Assembly: GCA_964016885.1 (NCBI GenBank)
Contig: OZ024741.1
Span: 104,470,001 to 104,534,000 of the forward strand
Direction: 5' to 3'
DNA length: 64,000 nt
Source: Eledone cirrhosa
Taxonomy: Eukaryota
The notes beneath the pieces were generated by a model that had not been told where the DNA came from, did not search any database, and saw only the letters and a program-made list of their open reading frames with translations. Positions 57,001-64,000 of this stretch are shown piece by piece. The position numbers and the translations under genes are program-made. How positions within the stretch are numbered: position 1 is the first letter of the stretch; each line of letters begins with the position of its first letter.

Positions 57001-57143
57001 TCCATAGGATTAATCTTTTTGTAGATGGCAAATTTTGGTGGTAACTTTAGGATTTGTTGTTCTTGTTCACTGATTAAAGTGTTCCCATAGATATTTACTG
57101 TGTGGTCATTGGTAAATTCTTCCGGTAGTTTTACATCACTCAT
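54054..57143 (-). CDS. PLE RT-GIY-YIG polyprotein (1029 aa) with Asn-rich insert
   Basis: PTDKSG, LYGLRKDHK, PTRPV, MDVVSLYPSI, QNEGAAIG, RYVDD, CTNRKCIIC..C, VVYSI..YIGETAR. Confidence 0.95.
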   Translation of the reverse strand: MSDVKLPEEFTNDHTVNIYGNTLISEQEQQILKLPPKFAIYKKINPMECKTELEKCFTKIRWNAKVNNNNNNNGSSNINNNSGYRNNSHNHNNGRKVRNSDNGNNTSDRQNNNNHNNNNNRNVNHRHSNSDHSSNNGNNTNNNNNNNHSGNNGNSTCSNINKNKKHNNSNNHNGRNSSNNNNNNGEVNNNTSSNHNNNNINAKDRNNNNHHDNNNSNTHNYDDRNNDNPLEKLFFNPADKTYKMGNIYPTRLPFNKRVCIPQQIDDETEAQFTIARNKIRQVVDRYTMRQSRPEAQQLGIKPVEGLVSLKQRTRDGEVVCLPTDKSGRMSIDSMPNYIEAMQPHITNTSEVAQLTHDGREKILNAHMMMWTDILKPSRRTANNFQASNNGIPPLYGLRKDHKTVDDPTIGPPTRPVCGANIASNYRISYFLSMVMRPIIKMSPDVCESTEDLLSRISECNKNRSLSNCIIGSMDVVSLYPSINIDFAVKRCVEMIIESEVEFCDVDTDELGLLLRLTYDTDYLDSHDLRCFCPSRPIRGRPPTITSMAKKTPIGRWIGWTKAIRTPQNTDQVRKMVAHAIGASIKTTLKGHIFKFNEKIYTQNEGAAIGVSIAGDVANLFMVWWERRLKDLLNESSIDLIMYSRYVDDINIVIRTPPLESTNKFDLERSTMESIQQIANSIHQSITVTIDFPSKHPNNRLPVLDTELWINTIDERAQILHSHYAKPMASKYLILKNSAMSSSAKFNILIADLVRVMKNVSSMCDPTEMEGHIQHFINRMQFSGYNQRDRVRVYEGAMEKYKTLIELDMKGICPLYRSKSWNSLDRARHKIGKATSWYDNQRYQSVMFVDATPGGKLANQCRKALRKTHLKIKVVEKPGTTIKSLISKTYPFKKTHCTNRKCIICKVNPRINCKTRNVVYSIRCTEGTCRNTTTTYIGETARSIGERIDQHWGELKGQKNGSVLYEHARQHHDGNIDNIEIRIISKHRNDPADRQIREASEIEIRRPKLNRKNEWNNNNTQTNNTDLREV

Positions 57144-57159
57144 ACGGATGTTGTCGATG

Positions 57160-57687
57160 TTATCTGGGTATTTTTGAGAATATTCGATTTTCCTTTCTTG
57201 TAGTTTTTTTCTTATTCATCCATTCTAATTTCTTCTTGAAATGCCTACAGCATTCGTTTTGAGCATATTTCGTTTCGCGTCGGATGACGCTCATGAAGTC
57301 ATCTCTCTCGTTTGCTGTGATGAGATTTCGGATTTCCTTACCGTTGATGCGTTTTTGTCTGTAGAGTGCGTTGACTTTTGTGTATGTTGTTCTTTTCATA
57401 TTAACTGTTATTGTGTGTTTTAGCCGTTCAGCTTGTGTTTTGTTCAATAATAAATTATTTACTTGTTTTGATATGTTTGTTGTGTATGTTTTGGAGGAAA
57501 CACAGTGTTTTAAGAAGCGGATTTGTTCTGTTGTTATTGTAGTTTTTATATAACAGAAAACAGTGTCTTTCAATAACCTTTCAGCTTGGCACAAGCTAAT
57601 GCCATAGCGGCGATGAATTAGTTTTGCGAGGTTTTTTATATGAAATCGTGTGTCGAAACAGATATTGTTATATTTGGGGAGGGTCAT
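57160..57687 (-). CDS. N-terminal part of the PLE protein, one frame off the main ORF
   Basis: IRFLKHCVS (PLE N-terminal FL..C pattern); starts inside the pLTR; joins the main ORF if one A is removed from the A7 run at 57204-57210. Confidence 0.75.
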   Translation of the reverse strand: MTLPKYNNICFDTRFHIKNLAKLIHRRYGISLCQAERLLKDTVFCYIKTTITTEQIRFLKHCVSSKTYTTNISKQVNNLLLNKTQAERLKHTITVNMKRTTYTKVNALYRQKRINGKEIRNLITANERDDFMSVIRRETKYAQNECCRHFKKKLEWMNKKKTTRKENRIFSKIPR

Positions 57688-58907
57688 ATTTGCGTAATAT
57701 TGCCAGAATTAATAACAGAACACACTCACTGTTTGGTTGGTTTTCGCTTCTCGCTGTCTTTTATATATATATATCTGCGATCTAACTTACTCGGTCCTCA
57801 ATGTTGCCATTGACTGACCGGCGGTCAAAAATAATACAGATACAATATTACTGATCAGCAAAACCTACCCTTTTAAGAAAACCCACTGTACCAATAGGAA
57901 ATGTATCATATGTAAGGTGAACCCCCGGATAAACTGTAAAACTAGAAACGTAGTCTATAGCATAAGATGTACAGAGGGTACTTGCAGAAACACGACAACA
58001 ACATACATAGGTGAGACAGCTCGTAGCATAGGTGAAAGGATAGACCAACACTGGGGGGAACTAAAAGGACAAAAAAACGGGTCAGTACTATACGAACATG
58101 CTAGACAACATCATGACGGTAACATAGACAACATAGAAATTAGAATAATATCTAAACATAGGAATGACCCAGCAGATAGGCAAATCAGAGAGGCCAGTGA
58201 AATAGAAATTAGAAGACCAAAGCTAAACAGAAAGAATGAGTGGAACAACAACAACACCCAAACAAACAACACTGACCTAAGAGAAGTATAAATAAATAAG
58301 TAAATTAAATTAAAGAAGACCAAAGCTAAACAGAAAGAATGAGTGGAACAACAACAACACCCAAACAAACAACACTGACCTAAGAGAAGTATAAATAAAT
58401 AAGTAAATTAAATAAAATAAAATAAGATAAATAAATACATACACAAGCACATAAACACACACTAGTCACCCAGCAGACACAACACTATACACACTAGTCA
58501 CACATCACACATAACACTATACACACACGCAAACGCATGCGCAAAGAAGACAAAATAAAATAAGATAAACAAACAAGCAAATAAATAAATAAATATATAG
58601 ACAGACTGAACAAAAAAAATGGCGTAGACATACAACACAACAGGAGGAACAATGAATATAACACCACTGACGATGTTGCAGATGTGCAACGAAAGATTTA
58701 TGTAAACTATATATATATGTGTTTGTCTATATTGTATCTGTATTATTTTTGACCGCCGGTCAGTCAATGGCAACATTGAGGACCGAGTAAGTTAGATCGC
58801 AGATATATATATATAAAAGACAGCGAGAAGCGAAAACCAACCAAACAGTGAGTGTGTTCTGTTATTAATTCTGGCAATATTACGCAAATATGACCCTCCC
58901 CAAATAT

Positions 58908-58963
<56 letters not shown>

Positions 58964-58970
58964 GTATATA

Positions 58971-60268
58971 CGAGGTGGGATCAAAATGTTTGTGGAATTT
59001 TATCGTAGCAAGAAAAAAATCAGGTTAAATATTAAACATGTCAGAACATTGTCACTTGGTGTTTACCTTGCTATTAGTCACTTGCAGTCAGTTATGCGCG
59101 GAATATTGTACAGTACTGACACTCTTTAAAAAACCTCTTTTGGGAACAATGGAAAATAGTTATTTTGAGATAAGAACGAATATCAAGTTTCTGGTGAAAC
59201 TCAAATGGAAAGGGACACAGATTATGGAGGCTTTAGTTAAAGTTTACGGTACTACTGCTCCAAAGAAAACTGCTGTCTACAAGTTGATTCAGCGATTCAA
59301 ACAAGGGAAAGACGACCATCGCAGTGGAAGACCAGGAACATCAAAAAATGACCAAAACGTTGAGGCTGCTCAGACTTTAATTGAAGAAGATCGAAGAATA
59401 ACAATTAATCAGTTAGCTAAGTCCCTAGACATTTCATATGGTTCGGCAAATTCAATTCTGCACGATAATTTGGGACTAAGCAAGCTTTCAGCGAGATGGG
59501 TCCCAAAAGCGTTGCGCCCTTATCAGCTGATTCTTCGAAGTGATCTGTCTTTGGCGATATTAAACAAAATTGAAGTTGATGAAGAGCATTTCTTGACCAG
59601 AATCATCACCGGAGATGAAACCTGGATCTAACAGTATGATCCTGAATCCAAGCAGCAGTCAAAACAGTGGCTTCCACGTGGATCATCGGGGCCAATCAAG
59701 TTCAAATCTCAAAAGCCGGATCAATAAGTGATGGCCACCATTTTCTGGGATTCAGATGGGGTGATACCAACAGATTATCTTGAAGTTCAAAGAACTGTGA
59801 CAGGAGCTTACTATGCAAATGTTTTAAGGAAGCTGAAAGAGGCATTAGTCAAGAAACGAAAAGGGAAACTTCATAGTGGGATCTTGATTCACCATGACAA
59901 TGCACCAGCGCATTCTGCGCGGGTTGCAAAAGAAGTTCTTCGAGAATTTCGATGGGAAGTGCTTCCTCACCCGCCTTATAGTCCAGATTTAACCCCATCA
60001 GACTTTTTCCTCTTTCCAAAACTCAAAGAAATGCTAAAAGGAACCCGTTTTAGTGGTGTTGAAGAAGCTAAAAACACTGCCAACACATGGCTTCGAACAA
60101 GGCCTTCAACTTTCTTTAGAGACGGCTGACGAAGCTGGAAGCATCGTCTTGTGAAGTGTATTGACCTGGATAGCAACTATGTAGAAAAATAAATTGAAGG
60201 TAAATCATATTTTTTGAAAAATAGATTATTTTCTGAAAAATTCCGCGAACTTTTTGATCCCCCCCCTC

Positions 60269-60269
<1 letters not shown>
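58971..60269 (+). mobile_element. mariner DNA transposon with disrupted transposase (~59149-60192)
   Basis: TIRs cgaggtgggatcaaaa / ttttgatcccccccctcg with TA flanks; WVPKAL, TGDETW, HHDNA, YSPDLTPSDF; in-frame stops. Confidence 0.95.
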
Positions 60270-60309
<40 letters not shown>

Positions 60310-60311
60310 TA

Positions 60312-60344
<33 letters not shown>

Positions 60345-60475
60345 GTATACATGTATGTATATATATATGTATATATATGTGTGTATATATATATATATAT
60401 GTGTGTGTATATATATATATATATATGTGTATATATATATGTGTGTATATATATATGTGTGTGTATATATATATA

Positions 60476-60506
<31 letters not shown>

Positions 60507-60513
60507 GCATATG

Positions 60514-60588
<75 letters not shown>

Positions 60589-60603
60589 ATATAAATGTGT
60601 GTG

Positions 60604-60635
<32 letters not shown>

Positions 60636-60808
60636 ATTAGTATATCTACCAACATATGTATACAGATGCATACCCATGCTAGCAAATATATATGTTATGT
60701 CTTAGTACCTTTGTGATTCTATGCAGGGGGGTGCAGAACAATTATATGAAAGACGTAAAATAAGAAAATTTTAAAAATTAAAAATTAACTTACTTACTAA
60801 AATTTTCA

Positions 60809-60888
60809 CTCCTACTAATTAATTTCTGCAAGGGAATAAATATAGTTACGCCATACAACTATAGAGAAGTCCTTACGTCATCAGGGAG
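60809..60888 (-). ncRNA. R2-family hammerhead ribozyme
   Basis: Inverted copy of 61171-61250. Confidence 0.85.
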
Positions 60889-61170
60889 TCTATTCTCAGC
60901 TAAGTTCCTAGGCAATGCGCGGACACTAGAAACCCATATAAAATAATAATTCAGTGGATGGAATAAAGCTAGCGGCACTAAAAAAATTCAAGGGCACTAA
61001 AAAAATTCACTGCTTACTTGGTCAGTGGCAAATTCTAAAGAATCAATCACGTGACACTGAGGTTAATCAGTGAGGAGTGGGGTGGTATTATGACAAGAGC
61101 CTATCTATTACCATGAACCATAGCAGTAAATTTTGTCCGCGCATTGCCTAGAAACTTAGCTGAGAATAGA

Positions 61171-61250
61171 CTCCCTGATGACGTAAGGACTTCTCTATAG
61201 TTGTATTGCGTAACTATATTTATTCCCTTACAGAAACTAATTAGTAGGAG
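61171..61250 (+). ncRNA. R2-family hammerhead ribozyme
   Basis: ctcc-CTGATGA-cgtaagg..ccttaca-GAAA-ctaattag-TA-ggag. Confidence 0.9.
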
Positions 61251-61303
61251 TGAAAATTTTAGTAAGTTAATTTTTAATTTTTAAAATTTTCTTATTTTAC
61301 GTC

Positions 61304-61351
<48 letters not shown>

Positions 61352-62434
61352 GTGTGTGTGTGTATATATGTGTATATATACATGTATATATATATATGTG
61401 TGTGTATATATATATATGTGTGTGTGTATATATACATATATATTTATGTGTGTGTGTGTGTGTGTCTTTCTGTCTCCCTCGCTCTCTGTATATATATGTA
61501 TAATATGCTGACAGACTGTTTCACCTAGAGGTATGCACTTATGTAAACATAAACTAAATGTACTAGGAGGTTTGTTTTCTCGAATAATTTTGCAACTCAC
61601 TATTTTATTAATGTGCCAAAGGAGATATGTTTAACATATTCTAATAAAAAAAAATTCTTTTTCAACATTTTGTTTTGCAACATTCTAAGTATTCTTGCAG
61701 TGTACTTAACGTTCTCTGGGCAGTTGTGAAATATAATACTTGTGTTGCTCGAATTGTTGCAGTTTGTGGAAAATAAATACTTAATCTATAATATTCTGTA
61801 TATTGTTGCAGTATTGAAGTTGGTTTAAAAAAAAATAAGTTGCATATAATGTGAAATTTGAGATGTGTTATAAGATATTTGTGAAGGCGCGTGGCTTGAT
61901 GGTTAGAGAATTGGATTCGCAATCGTGAGATTGTGAGTTAGATACCCGGATCGGGCGATGCGTTATGTCCTTGAGCAAGACACTTTATTTCATGCTGCTC
62001 TTTCTGTCAGGAGTTGCTGGAGTAGATAGTATCAGCAATGGAAACACCAATAGAAATTGTTTCTTTGGTCCGATTTGACGAGTTCCACCCTACTCGGTAA
62101 GCGGGTGATATAGAATATATGTGAAGACTCGTGGCTCAGTGGTTAAAGTGTTCAGCTCACGGGGATTTCAAACTCAAGGACTCAAAAGGGCCATTACGTC
62201 CTGGAAGAGAGGCACAGTGTGCTAAAAGTGCGATGAGGCGGAGGCGTAATTTCCACCAGTCATAATGCTAATCTGCAATGCAGCTGATAGGCTGCTATTA
62301 ATTAATTAATCTATTCCCGCCGAGGTTAACTTTGCCTTTCATCCTTACGGGGTCGATAAAATAAAGTACCAGTAATACACTGGGTAATTGCTGGCCTTGT
62401 GCCTAACGTAGAAACAATTAATTAATTAATCTAT

Positions 62435-62469
<35 letters not shown>

Positions 62470-62867
62470 TGAATACTCATATGATAATGGCATATGTGAA
62501 TTAGTACAAAATGTAGGGAGATAACATTTCTGTCTAAAATTTTCCTTAATTAGTCACGAAAATTGTTCTGTCGCGGGCCATAGAAAAGTAGTTTGCAGAC
62601 CACATAATTGAGACCCCTGGTTTAGTCCACTCAGTTTCAAAAAATGAGTTGAACTTATAGTTCAAAAGACCAGCCATATCACATACTGTATTATGCCGTA
62701 TCTCCCTGGGAACTACGTTAAAGGTACACGTGTCTATGGAATTATTGACTGACATCGAGAAATTAAGAAAAATGTTTCCTTTTAATAGTAATATGTGTCT
62801 ATTATTTCCCCTTGTGCTCCCTTATTTGCTAATTCATCTGCTTTCCTATTTTCCTTAACATCTGCAT

Positions 62868-63175
62868 GGTCTTCTTCTTCTTCTTCTTCTTCTTCTTCTT
62901 CTTCTTTTTCTTCTTCTTCTTCGTTCACTGATTCCTGAGAGGGTCGTGGGCGCAGAGTCCTCAAAATATCCTTCCAGCGGGTCCTGTCAGAAGCAACCAT
63001 CTCCAACTGATCCGGCTGGATCCCCAAGCGTGACCAGCCAAGCACATAGATGTAATCCAACCATCTTGCTCGAGGTCTACTCCTGGGTCTCTTGCCGGCT
63101 GGTTTTGCCCGTAAAATCTGTCCAGCGATTCTTTCCTGAGACATTCTAACCACATACCCATATATGGCCTGGTAT
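62868..63175 (-). pseudogene. RTE/RTE-X LINE 3' end with (GAA)n tail
   Basis: YGYVVRMSQER..GKRPRSRPRARW..ASDRTRW followed by GAA repeats. Confidence 0.75.
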
Positions 63176-63799
63176 CCAAATTATTATTTATTTATTATTT
63201 TCTGTAAGATAGTTATCTGTTCTTAGCAACGCGCTCTCAATTTATCTAATCTAACCTCCCTTTCTTGATTTAAACAATTCTATACTCAATAGACTATCAG
63301 TAAATATGAAACCTTTTTCCTATGGCATTTCTTTAATCGGGTCAGTGAATAATAATTCCCCATCACTCTGTATCACATATTATAAGATCCTGCTGTAATC
63401 TGAAGCTCATATTTGTATTATTATTTTAGAAAGACCAAGTAGCCCCATACTCTTCTCTATTGACTGAAATCGACCTCAGTGTGTTACTGGTGCTTTATAT
63501 AATAATGATTATTATTATTATTATATTGTTTGAAGTGAGAATATTCTGAGCTCCAGTAAGTTTATTTTAAGTTGTTTAAACCAAAATTTGTTAAATTATT
63601 TTTGTTTCAAGGGAAAAATAATGCACCTGTCTATGCCTCGAAGGAGAGAGTCCCTCATAATATTTGTGCCTTGGGCCGAAATATTTGAACGTTATTTTTT
63701 TTTTCTGAAAAAACATGGACGGAATACGCCCCCTCACGTTAGGTTAGCTGTCATGTGACAGCGGCCGAATCGTCGAGCGGGGTAACACCGCCATTATGA

Positions 63800-64000
63800 A
63801 CACCAACACAACAAAATAAATGAGAGCAACAATCGAAATAATGACAACACCTGCAACAACGACTACATCACCAACAACAAGAACAGCGAAAAAACAAGTG
63901 AGAACAACAATGACAACAACAACAACGCCACCACCACCACCAACAACAACAACACCGCCACCAACAACAACAACACCACCACCACCACCATCAACAACAA
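63800..64000. repeat. (CAA)n/(CAC)n low-complexity repeat
   Basis: Direct reading. Confidence 0.9.

Larger units (their letters stand above)
53476..58912 (-). mobile_element. Near full-length PLE (Neptune-like) with partial tandem and inverted pLTRs
   Basis: 53476-53720 = 57605-57848 (direct); 57851-58912 = reverse complement of 53536-54494; both ends in (TA)n. Confidence 0.95.

Overview
Eukaryotic, gene-free, repeat-saturated window with (TA)n/(CA)n microsatellites throughout. The repeat content resembles an octopus/cephalopod genome (inference only). No host protein-coding gene is supported, and most ORF-track entries are microsatellite artefacts. Coding remnants are all transposon-derived: a Gypsy LTR element (1-2902), a complete non-coding LTR element with TSD (42624-44749), CR1-like, RTE-like and CRE-like LINE fragments, a mariner pseudogene, SINEs/MITEs, and at least seven Penelope-like element (PLE) copies, one nearly intact (53476-58912). 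The main signal, invisible to the ORF track, is more than 30 type I hammerhead ribozyme (HHR) motifs from over a dozen sequence families, read by eye on both strands. Most have palindromic stem III (dimer type). They include two tandem-repeat retrozyme-like families (~430 and ~540 nt), covariation-supported long stem II insertions, and recurrent non-canonical cores (CCGAUGA/CCGAAGA and CAGAAGA at the normally invariant U4). All structures were paired manually; none is tested.
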